Positions 17,647 to 26,131 of a stretch of 46,405 bases of DNA are shown here, one piece after another. The translations under genes and the position numbers were made by a program. Within the stretch, counting starts at the first letter, position 1. Every line of letters begins with the position of its first letter. The notes below the pieces were generated by a model. It did no database searches, had not been told where the DNA came from, and worked only from the letters and a program-made list of their open reading frames with translations. Source of the DNA: Rickettsiales bacterium (GTDB lineage Bacteria > Pseudomonadota > Alphaproteobacteria > Rs-D84); contig JAIRRC010000017.1 in NCBI GenBank assembly GCA_031256175.1, positions 1-46,405 of the forward strand. Direction: 5' to 3'.

Positions 17647-18258
17647 TCAACCCCTAAAATCGACCACCCTGAACCTGAAAATTTTGGACGCGTCCCCGCC
17701 GTCGCGAAGAATCCGCGCGGCATTCGGCCGCAGTTCCCGCTCGAAATCGACTTTAAGATAAATGGTGCGGTCGGCATGGGTCCGCGCGCGCGGCCCGGCC
17801 CAGGTGTCGAGTCGCAAATCCACGCGATAATATTCTCCCTCTTTGGCGATTCCGCGAACGCGCACCTCGCGCATTCCTTTCTTGGCGGCGATGTCCTCGA
17901 TTTCGGGATAAACCTCGCGCTTCCATGTTTCGAACACATCGGTCTCGGAAGCGGACATGAAATAAATGAAGGAATCGCGGCCTGCGCTGCCGCGAACACG
18001 CGCCTCGGCCGCATCGGGATTCGCGTGATAGGCCTCGAACACCCAGCGCCGCAGCATCCAGTCGATAATCTCCTCGTCGAACAGCTCCTCGAAAGCGACG
18101 ACATCTGCGCGCCCCTCGGCATAGTTGGAAGTCTGGAATACGACGGGCGCGACCTCGGACTTTTTCGAAGCGACATAAATCTCGGCCGACAATACGACGG
18201 CGGCGCTAGCCAGCGCAACAATCAGCGACATTGAAAAGAAATTAATCAAACCCTTCAT
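17647..18258 (-). CDS. VirB8-like membrane protein (putative)
   Basis: Single N-terminal TM, predicted helix-then-strand periplasmic domain ending FRFRVVDF; tandem with a similar gene. Confidence 0.45.
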   Translation of the reverse strand: MKGLINFFSMSLIVALASAAVVLSAEIYVASKKSEVAPVVFQTSNYAEGRADVVAFEELFDEEIIDWMLRRWVFEAYHANPDAAEARVRGSAGRDSFIYFMSASETDVFETWKREVYPEIEDIAAKKGMREVRVRGIAKEGEYYRVDLRLDTWAGPRARTHADRTIYLKVDFERELRPNAARILRDGGDASKIFRFRVVDFRG

Positions 18259-18306
18259 TCTTTTTTTCCTTTGTTATTCCCGCGAAGGCGGGAATCTCAA
18301 ATCGTA

Positions 18307-19083
18307 TTATTCCTTTTTATCCCTAAAAAAATACCGAAACTCGCTGACATACTGCCCCATGTTCTTTGGATAGATTTGGTTGTTGGTTCCGATGCGAACG
18401 AAAGCGACCACCGGCTCGCGCCCTGCCTCGACCAGCCTTCCGCCCGCGCCGACGTCATAGTTCACGACATCGAACCGAAGCCGCCACATGGTGCCGTTGC
18501 CGCCGAATTCGGGCCGCGATAAAGGCCGCGCGCGAACATCGGGCTCGCCGTCGGTGTCGACCGCTACGCCGCGGGCTCGGCGCCCGTCGAACATTTTTCT
18601 GTATTCAAGAACCTCGGTGTTCATGAAGCCTGCGAATATGTCCGCGGTGGTCTGGCAGCAAATCTCGCCTTGAATGTTTTCGTCGACCTGGCCGCATTTG
18701 GAAAGAACGCAAGTCTTCCAAGCCGCGTCGTTGGCGGACGCGCTTGCGGATACATTGAACCATCGGCGAACGAATTCGCGCGCGACATACTCTTGAATGA
18801 CGCGCTGGGACATGTTGTCTTCCTGACGCGATTCATCGATGACGCTCCAAGCGGACGAATCGCGGCTTCGCACGATAATAAGCGCCTCGGACCCTTGATA
18901 GCGCTTGGCGAAATAAACCGCGCCCGCCAGAACGACAAGCAAGCCCGCCGATATCAGGGCGGCGATGGCCAATACGCGCGAAAGTTCGATATACCGGTTC
19001 TGTGGTTCTGTCTTTATGTCGAAGCGCTGGGGATAGTCTGGGATGGGAACAGCGTTGTCGACTTTTTTATCCATTGTAGACAA
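18307..19083 (-). CDS. VirB8-like membrane protein (putative)
   Basis: TM after short cytoplasmic tail, EYVAREFVRRWF helix, NMGQYVSEF resembling the VirB8 NPxG motif. Confidence 0.5.
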   Translation of the reverse strand: MSTMDKKVDNAVPIPDYPQRFDIKTEPQNRYIELSRVLAIAALISAGLLVVLAGAVYFAKRYQGSEALIIVRSRDSSAWSVIDESRQEDNMSQRVIQEYVAREFVRRWFNVSASASANDAAWKTCVLSKCGQVDENIQGEICCQTTADIFAGFMNTEVLEYRKMFDGRRARGVAVDTDGEPDVRARPLSRPEFGGNGTMWRLRFDVVNYDVGAGGRLVEAGREPVVAFVRIGTNNQIYPKNMGQYVSEFRYFFRDKKE

Positions 19084-19213
19084 TCATGCAGGCGCAAGGC
19101 GAGAGCTTAAGCTCGTCCTGCCCGAACCCGATTCCGACCGGGTCTTTTTCGTAAATCTGGCCGCAACCCGCGACCGATAAAGCCAATACGAATACGATTA
19201 GAAATTTTTTCAT
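19067..19213 (-). CDS. Small lipoprotein (VirB7-like, putative)
   Basis: 48 aa from ATG 19213 with AAGGAG RBS; lipobox VAGC; C-terminal SPCAC. Confidence 0.6.
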   Translation of the reverse strand: MKKFLIVFVLALSVAGCGQIYEKDPVGIGFGQDELKLSPCACMIVYNG

Positions 19214-19343
19214 GCGTGCGCTCCTTCTCCCCATTCCCAAAGGTTCTGTAAGATTATAGAAATTTCCCATACCCCGGGTCAATAATAAAAAAAGTTCCCC
19301 TCCGGTGGATGGGTCGGCGAAGCCGGGGGTGGTCTTTTATTGA

Positions 19344-20417
19344 CTACCCTAAGAAGATTCCCAGTTCCCTCGCAGCCTTCAAATACTGGTCGTCCTCGTG
19401 AACGACATCGTATGTAACCGTGCGGTCTGGAATGTTTGGGTCTGGCGCGATGATTCCTGACTCTTGGAATTCCTGGGCCCCGATGGTAGCCATATGTCCG
19501 ACGTCGTCGACGCGCACCATGACGTTTGTCTCTCCGTTGTCGACGGCGTCCAATGCGGCGGCTGCGAAGCGCATGGCAAGCAGGCGGTCTTGTGCGATTG
19601 TGATTCCGCCGCGCTGGAAATAATCGGCGCTGAATTTGCGGGTTGGAATGCCTGCGGCTTCGATGGCCTTTGCGACATCGCCGGATTTAAGGTTGCTTCC
19701 CTCGCCTACGACGACGATTCCGAATTCGCGGCCGCTGTCGATTACGAACTTGACAAGGTCCTCCATCTTCACGTCGATTTCAGGAAGAATGATTGCGTCG
19801 GCCCCGCCGGACATCCCGCCGCGAAGGGCAAGATGGCCTGAATCTCGTCCCATGGCCTCGACGACGAACCAGCGGCGATGGCTTCGCGCGGATTGCGCGA
19901 CGCCGTCGATGAAAAGGGACAGCTGCGATATGGCGGTCGAGAATCCGACCGTGTTGCGTGTCAGCGGCATATCCATATCGATGGTCTTGGGGATGAAAAC
20001 GACCTGAACGCCGGTGAAAATCTCGGGGGCGTTTTCGACCCATGAAATGCTTCCGTTTCCGCCGACGAAAAGAACCGCGTCAAGACCCATCTTCTTTATG
20101 CCTTCGACAAGGCGGGGATAAACGGGGCTGCTTCGGTCGCCGTCCCAGGACAGGTCGCCCTTGGATTTAAGGGTCTTGTAAAGGACGCTGCCCAGGAACG
20201 AGCCTGCGATATTGATGGACGAATATGGGAAGCTCTCGCGGTTAAGGATTATATGTTCGCCGGTTATGAATCCGTCGGTGCCGTTGATTATTCCAATAAG
20301 CTCGTACCCGCGCTGCTCGCAACAGCGTATCGCGCCGAATATTATGGCGTTGAGTCCGCTGCAATCGCCGCCGCTTGTTAAAATAGCAATTCTTTTCTTC
20401 TTTTTATTGTCTGCCAT
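19344..20417 (-). CDS. pfkA: 6-phosphofructokinase
   Basis: ILTSGGDCSGLNA, GGNGS, PKTIDMD, VEAMGRDSG; start at ATG 20417. Confidence 0.93.
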   Translation of the reverse strand: MADNKKKKRIAILTSGGDCSGLNAIIFGAIRCCEQRGYELIGIINGTDGFITGEHIILNRESFPYSSINIAGSFLGSVLYKTLKSKGDLSWDGDRSSPVYPRLVEGIKKMGLDAVLFVGGNGSISWVENAPEIFTGVQVVFIPKTIDMDMPLTRNTVGFSTAISQLSLFIDGVAQSARSHRRWFVVEAMGRDSGHLALRGGMSGGADAIILPEIDVKMEDLVKFVIDSGREFGIVVVGEGSNLKSGDVAKAIEAAGIPTRKFSADYFQRGGITIAQDRLLAMRFAAAALDAVDNGETNVMVRVDDVGHMATIGAQEFQESGIIAPDPNIPDRTVTYDVVHEDDQYLKAARELGIFLG

Positions 20418-20585
20418 ATATTTTACCCTTTTTCCTTTTTTTGTTCCACGCCGCCGCTTCCTCACCTCGTCATGCTGGCGAAAGCCAGCATCCAGTAATA
20501 AAGCCTGCGTTAGCAGGTTATTGTCATCCCCGGCGAAGACCGGGGACCCCATCCTTTTACCATGAACCGGCCCTAAAAGTCCAGC

Positions 20586-20732
20586 CCTAAATTCCCCCCT
20601 TAAAAAAGGACTTGACCACGAGCGTATAAGCACCCCGCGCGCGCCGTTATTAGGCGCAAGCGGCCTGTGCGCATCGCGAGGGGCGAAGGGAAGACAAACG
20701 CCTAAATTCCCCCGATTAAAAAAGGACTTGAC
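20586..20732. repeat. 31/32-bp direct repeat flanking a structured 84-bp insert
   Basis: CCTAAATTCCCCC(c/ga)TTAAAAAAGGACTTGAC at 20586-20616 and 20701-20732. Confidence 0.8.
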
Positions 20733-20806
20733 AAAACCGCCAAGTTTGTTAAATTATAGGTGAAGCCCGGCGAATCGGTCAGGCCGAAAAATAAAGAGGG
20801 ACAGAC

Positions 20807-21952
20807 ATGTCGAACAACAATAACAATTCCAAACCATTCAGCACCCGCCTGCTGCAAACGCGCTTGGCCGCGATGAAAGCGGCGCAGACCCAGCCGACCG
20901 CGACGCAGAAAGTTGACGCGAACGGCAAGCCTGCCGCTGGCATACCGGAATTCAAAGACCTTAACAAGAAATCGGAACCTGCGGCGGCGCCGAAGGAAAT
21001 CCGTGTTTCTTCGACCAGCCAGGTCTTCCGCAAAGCGCACGTGAACAAAGGCTCGTGGCATAATATATTGGCGTATTGGTTCCCGATAATCATAGTCGTG
21101 GGCTTGGTTGGCTTCGCGATATACCATTTCAGCGGAAGCAAGTCGCGCGACAATATCGTGAAGGTCGACGAACAGGTCGTGCCCGCGTTCGACATGGTTC
21201 GCACCCAGCCGGGCGGCGGATTGGTTGTCGCCGGCAAATTCCTGCCGAATTCGGTGGTCCAGGTTGAAATCAATAAGAAATCTGTGGGCAAGGAAACCGC
21301 GGACAAGAACGGCGAATTCGCCTTCACGTCGCCCAAGAAGTTCAAACCGGGCAACTATATAATCCGCCTGCTGTCGGAAGACGGCAAATTGGCGTCGAAG
21401 GATTCGGTGTTCGTGTATATCTCGTCCGAGAAAAGCGGCTCGTCTTTGTCGTTGCTTATGACGGAAAGCGGCTCGAAATTCTTGCAGGCTCCGGAATCCA
21501 GCGACGGCTCGCTCGCCATCAGCAAAATCGATTATCTTGACGGCGGCAAAGTCCGTATATCGGGCCGCGGCCTTCCGCGCCTGAATATCACGGCGACGCT
21601 TGACGGCAAAGTAGTGGGCGCGGCGAAAGTTGGCGATAACCGGGTGTTCGGCATCGACGGCGACTTCAAGGATTTCGCGGCCGATAGGAAATATACTATC
21701 GAAGTGAAAATGACGGACGACTTGGGCAATATGGTGGAAGTGTTAAGCCATTCGTTCAAACTGCCTGAATCCAGGGGCGGCGACGAAAGCTACTACACCG
21801 TCAAGAAAGGCGATTGCCTATGGATAATCTCGCGCCACAAATACGGCCGCGGAATACTTTATACGCAGATATTCGAAGCGAATACGTCGAAAATAAAGGA
21901 CCCGCATTGGATATTCCCGAAACAGGTGTTCCTGGTCCCGGCCAAGAAGTAA
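20807..21952 (+). CDS. LysM peptidoglycan-binding membrane protein
   Basis: One TM helix, Ig-like beta regions, C-terminal YTVKKGDCLW.IS...YG...Y..IFEAN...I.P.Q. Confidence 0.88.
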   Translation: MSNNNNNSKPFSTRLLQTRLAAMKAAQTQPTATQKVDANGKPAAGIPEFKDLNKKSEPAAAPKEIRVSSTSQVFRKAHVNKGSWHNILAYWFPIIIVVGLVGFAIYHFSGSKSRDNIVKVDEQVVPAFDMVRTQPGGGLVVAGKFLPNSVVQVEINKKSVGKETADKNGEFAFTSPKKFKPGNYIIRLLSEDGKLASKDSVFVYISSEKSGSSLSLLMTESGSKFLQAPESSDGSLAISKIDYLDGGKVRISGRGLPRLNITATLDGKVVGAAKVGDNRVFGIDGDFKDFAADRKYTIEVKMTDDLGNMVEVLSHSFKLPESRGGDESYYTVKKGDCLWIISRHKYGRGILYTQIFEANTSKIKDPHWIFPKQVFLVPAKK

Positions 21953-22041
21953 TAATAAATTAGCAAATAATAATGTCGCCCCGCGGCTTGACCGCGGGGC
22001 CTCGGCATATTATAATCCCCAATATTTCAAAGGATATAGCA

Positions 22042-22944
22042 ATGCAAACATTCGTCTTCGGCCATAAGAACCCCGATACAGATTCGATAATCTCGGCCAT
22101 AGCCCAGGCGGCCTTCTTGAAGGAAATGGGCGTGGCGGCGGAAGCTTGCGCGCTTGGCGCGCCCAATCCCGAAACGCTGTTCGTGCTTGATAAATTCGGC
22201 CTGCCCGCTCCGGAAATGCTGGAATTGGCGGCCGGGAAGAACGTCTTCATAACGGATACGAACGACCCGAATCAGTTACCCGCGGATATAGACGCGGCGA
22301 ATATAACGGGGATAGTCGACCACCACCAGCTAAGCGGCGGAATAAAAACGCCCGGGCCGATATATATGACAATGCGCCCGTTCGGCTGCACCTGCACCAT
22401 AATCGCGCAGAATTTCGTGAACGCGAAAATCCCATTGTCGAAAGAATTGGCTGGGGCGATGCTGTGCGCGATTTTGTCGGATACATTGCTGTTCAAATCG
22501 CCCACATCGACGCCGACGGACAAGGAAACGGCGCAAATGCTGGCAGTGGTCGCGGAATTGGATATGATGGTGATAGGCATGGAAATGCTTCGCGTGAAGT
22601 CGGACATATCGAATGAAACGGCGGCGTCCCTGCTGCACCGCGACTTGAAGGAATTCGATATAAACGGCAAGAAATTTGCGGTAGCGCAAATAGAATTGAT
22701 GGATTCGGCGATGGCGGCGCCGTTTATGGAGGGCCTGAAAGCGGAAATGTCTGCGCTTAAAAAATCGAAGAACCTGAACGGCGTGATAATGGTCGTGACG
22801 GATACGATGAAGGAAGGCTCGGAATTGCTGCTCGAAACGGATATGGACGACAAAATCCGGGCGTTGTTCGGGAACACCGATTTCATCCCCGGCCTGATGT
22901 CGCGCAAAAAGCAGGTCATCCCCGTCCTTATGGATAACCTGTAA
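22042..22944 (+). CDS. ppaC: Mn-dependent inorganic pyrophosphatase (family II)
   Basis: GHKNPDTDS, DHH, SDTLLFKSPT, SRKKQV; start ATG 22042 after AAGGA. Confidence 0.95.
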   Translation: MQTFVFGHKNPDTDSIISAIAQAAFLKEMGVAAEACALGAPNPETLFVLDKFGLPAPEMLELAAGKNVFITDTNDPNQLPADIDAANITGIVDHHQLSGGIKTPGPIYMTMRPFGCTCTIIAQNFVNAKIPLSKELAGAMLCAILSDTLLFKSPTSTPTDKETAQMLAVVAELDMMVIGMEMLRVKSDISNETAASLLHRDLKEFDINGKKFAVAQIELMDSAMAAPFMEGLKAEMSALKKSKNLNGVIMVVTDTMKEGSELLLETDMDDKIRALFGNTDFIPGLMSRKKQVIPVLMDNL

Positions 22945-23014
22945 AATTGTCATACCGCGGCTTGACCGCGGTATCCCGGCATATTATAATCCCCTTTATA
23001 TAAAAGGAGAATCC

Positions 23015-23575
23015 ATGGAATACCCAGCATTGCAAACCGAAGCGCAAACCAAAACGGCGCAATCCATCGAATTTTTAAGGACGAATTTTTCCGGCCTAAG
23101 AACGGGCCGCGCCAGCGTGCACTTGCTGGACGGCTTGCGGGTCGAAGTCTATGGGGCGATGATGCCGATAGACCAGCTTGCGACCTTGTCGACGCCGGAA
23201 GCGCAGACGATTTCAATAAGCGTCTGGGACCAGGACGCGACTGCAAAAATCGAAAAGGCCATAAGGGAATCCAACCTTGGCCTGAACCCGATGACCCAGG
23301 GAACTTTGATAAGGCTCAATATGCCGCCGCTGACCGAAGAACGCCGCAAGGAATTGGTGAAGGTCGCGAATGGATATGCCGAGGAAGCAAAAATAGCGAT
23401 GCGCAATATAAGGCAGGACTTGTTCCAGAAAATAAAGCGCGCGAAAGACGACAAGGAGATTTCCGAAGACGACCAGCGCGCGTTCCAGGACGACTTGCAG
23501 AAAGTGTTCGACGCGAAGAACTCCGAAGTGGACGCAATCCTCTCCGCGAAAGAAAAAGACGTCCTAAGCATATGA
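23015..23575 (+). CDS. frr: Ribosome recycling factor
   Basis: LRTGRAS, LGLNP, PPLTEERRKELVK, RNIR. Confidence 0.97.
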   Translation: MEYPALQTEAQTKTAQSIEFLRTNFSGLRTGRASVHLLDGLRVEVYGAMMPIDQLATLSTPEAQTISISVWDQDATAKIEKAIRESNLGLNPMTQGTLIRLNMPPLTEERRKELVKVANGYAEEAKIAMRNIRQDLFQKIKRAKDDKEISEDDQRAFQDDLQKVFDAKNSEVDAILSAKEKDVLSI

Positions 23576-24414
23576 AAATATTTTCAAAATTATTAAATAA
23601 ATTAACTCGACGGCGATTGCGGGGGAGTCGAAATCGCGAAGCGGTTTCGGTGGGGGGACAAAAATTTCCCGGCCATATCGCCTTCCTTATGGACGGCAAC
23701 GGCCGCTGGGCGAAGCGGCGCGGCCTTCCGCGCACGGCGGGCCATCTGGCGGGCAGCGACATAGTCGAAAAGCTTGCGGAATATTTGATAGACAATGGCG
23801 CGCATACTATTTCGTTCTACGCCTTTTCGACCGAGAATTGGAGCCGGCCGAAATCCGAAGTCGATTTCCTGATGAACCTGATGGCGAAAGAATTGAAGCG
23901 CGTGAAGAAGCACGCGATGGAAAAGGACATCCGCGTGAAATTCATCGGCCGGCGCGACAATGTTTCGACGGCGCTGTTAAGCGCGATGGAAGACATCGAA
24001 ATGGCGACGTTTGCGAATTCGCGCGGCAATGTTTGCTTCGCGGTGGACTACGGCGGCCAGGATGAAATCTTGCGCGCGGCGAAAGATATGCTAAGCGACG
24101 GCGTCGACCCTGAAAAATTGACGGCGGAAAAATTCAATTCGTATCTGGACTCGGGCGAATTGACCCCGATAGACTTGCTGGTGCGGACAAGCGGCGAACA
24201 GAGAATATCGAATTTCATGCTGTGGAAATCGGCATACGCTGAAATTGCGTTTATACCGGAAATGTGGCCTGATATGAATATAAAGGTCATGGACAGGGTC
24301 TTGAAAGATTACAACGGACGCGACCGCCGCTTCGGGGGCCTGTCAAGTTCCCCTCCTGCGGAACCGCTCTGCGCGAAGCGCGGGGTGGTCTTTGATAATA
24401 AGGCTAAAAAATGA
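23572..24414 (+). CDS. uppS: Undecaprenyl diphosphate synthase
   Basis: HIAFLMDGNGRWA, FSTENWSRP, RTSGEQRISNF, RDRRFGG. Confidence 0.96.
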   Translation: MKIFSKLLNKLTRRRLRGSRNREAVSVGGQKFPGHIAFLMDGNGRWAKRRGLPRTAGHLAGSDIVEKLAEYLIDNGAHTISFYAFSTENWSRPKSEVDFLMNLMAKELKRVKKHAMEKDIRVKFIGRRDNVSTALLSAMEDIEMATFANSRGNVCFAVDYGGQDEILRAAKDMLSDGVDPEKLTAEKFNSYLDSGELTPIDLLVRTSGEQRISNFMLWKSAYAEIAFIPEMWPDMNIKVMDRVLKDYNGRDRRFGGLSSSPPAEPLCAKRGVVFDNKAKK

Positions 24415-25106
24415 ATGACAACATTTTCAACTCGTCACCCCGGCGCAGGCCGGGGTCCATTGTAGGAAACCCGTCGCCGAAGGCGACTCAAAATTCCACA
24501 GCGCTTCGCATCCTCTCGTCATTCGCATTGGCCGCATTAATCGGCGCGGCGGCCATCGTCGGCGGAATCGGCGTCATGATATTGTCGTCGGCAATCGCCT
24601 CGCTTATGATATTCGAATGGCTGCGCCTTGGGACGCTTCCGCTGACAACGCGCGCGCTCGGCGCGATATGGCTTGTAATAGTCTTGCTGTCGGCAATCGC
24701 ATTGTCGCAAAAAGTCTGGGTTATGCTGCTTCTGCTGATAACGATAAGCGCGACGGATATAGGCGCCTGGTTCTTCGGCCGCCGGATAAAGTCGGATAAA
24801 TTATGGCCGAACGTATCGGCTGGCAAAACCTGGGGCGGGCATATAGCGGGCGCGGTATGCGGCACCTTGGCGTGCTTCGCGACGGGCTTTTTGCTCCAAG
24901 AACAGATAATACCGCAGCTTATATGGATTGGACTGGGCATAGCGACATTGTCGCAATACGGCGACTTGACCGAAAGCTATTTCAAAAGGAAAGCGGGCGT
25001 TAAGGACTCGTCGAATTTAATCCCCGGCCACGGCGGTTTTCTTGACCGGTTCGACGGCTGGCTCTATGCACTGCCCCTGATGGCATTAATATCGGAGGTT
25101 TTATAA
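24411..25106 (+). CDS. cdsA: Phosphatidate cytidylyltransferase
   Basis: TDIGAWFFG, S..KTW.G, GDLTES..KR..GVKDSS.LIPGHGG.LDRFDG. Confidence 0.95.
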   Translation: MNDNIFNSSPRRRPGSIVGNPSPKATQNSTALRILSSFALAALIGAAAIVGGIGVMILSSAIASLMIFEWLRLGTLPLTTRALGAIWLVIVLLSAIALSQKVWVMLLLLITISATDIGAWFFGRRIKSDKLWPNVSAGKTWGGHIAGAVCGTLACFATGFLLQEQIIPQLIWIGLGIATLSQYGDLTESYFKRKAGVKDSSNLIPGHGGFLDRFDGWLYALPLMALISEVL

Positions 25107-26131
25107 TGCTAAGCTTCATCGGTCTGATAATAGTCCTTGGCCTTGTGGTGTTCGTGCACGAAGTCGGTCATTTCGCGGCGGCGCGGATGTGCGGCGTGAA
25201 AGTCTTGGCGTTTTCGATTGGCTTCGGGCTTGGGAAACCGCTCTATAAATGGACGGACAAACGGGGCACCCAGTGGCGCATAGGCTGGCTGCCGCTTGGC
25301 GGCTACGTCGATTTGTATGGCGAAAAGCCCGAAAAGAAAAACGAAAAGGGCGAAGGCTCGTTGCAGTCGGTATCGAACTTGAAGCGCGCGTTCATAATGG
25401 CGGCGGGCGTGATTTTGAATTTCGTGCTGGCGTGGATTTTATTCCTGTTCCTGTTCGCCGCCAAACCGGAACAGATAGTCCGGCCGGTCATAGGCGGCGT
25501 CGCCGAAAAATCATTGGCCGAAACTGCGGGCATAAAACCCGGCTGGATAATAAAATCGATTTCGAACCAACCGGTAAGCGAATGGTCGGACATATTGAAG
25601 GCGAAAACCCGCGCGGGGAATTCGGTCGTTAAAATCGAATTTGAAAACGGAAGCGCCGCGCGCCTGCTGGGCGACAAATCATGGGGCATTTCGCCCGCCG
25701 CGGACGAAAACCCGCAGTTCAAAAAGCGCACATTTGCAGGCGTCGTATCGCGCGCCACGGCCGAAGTCTGGGAACAATCGAAATTGCTTTTCATAGTGAT
25801 AAGGCAGCTGATAACGGGCGAACGCGACAGCAAACAGCTGGGCAGCTTCATCATGATAGCGCAAATGTCGGGCGAAGCGCTGGTCGCGGGAATATTCGCG
25901 TTAATCGCGATGATAGCGATGCTAAGCATCAACCTGGGCGTAGTGAATTTGCTCCCGATACCTGCGTTGGACGGCGGGCACTTGCTTATCATAGCAATCG
26001 AATCCATCACGCGCAGGAAATTGAACGAGAAAGCGGTCGGCTATGTTATAACCGGCGGCTGGGTGGTTTTGGTTTCGCTGATGGCGCTCGCGCTCAAAAA
26101 CGACATACTAAGGTTGCTCGGCCTGTTATGA
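25106..26131 (+). CDS. rseP: Site-2 protease RseP (M50)
   Basis: HEVGH, PLGGYV, PDZ-like region, NLLPIPALDGG. Confidence 0.93.
   Translation: MLSFIGLIIVLGLVVFVHEVGHFAAARMCGVKVLAFSIGFGLGKPLYKWTDKRGTQWRIGWLPLGGYVDLYGEKPEKKNEKGEGSLQSVSNLKRAFIMAAGVILNFVLAWILFLFLFAAKPEQIVRPVIGGVAEKSLAETAGIKPGWIIKSISNQPVSEWSDILKAKTRAGNSVVKIEFENGSAARLLGDKSWGISPAADENPQFKKRTFAGVVSRATAEVWEQSKLLFIVIRQLITGERDSKQLGSFIMIAQMSGEALVAGIFALIAMIAMLSINLGVVNLLPIPALDGGHLLIIAIESITRRKLNEKAVGYVITGGWVVLVSLMALALKNDILRLLGLL

Noticed and set aside
25681..26127. Long N-terminal extensions of ORF-track calls (bamA; likewise pfkA, recF, ruvC, ppaC, pilin, ftsW)
   Set aside because: They overlap upstream genes, tRNA or REPs; downstream ATGs match family N-termini and RBS/coupling
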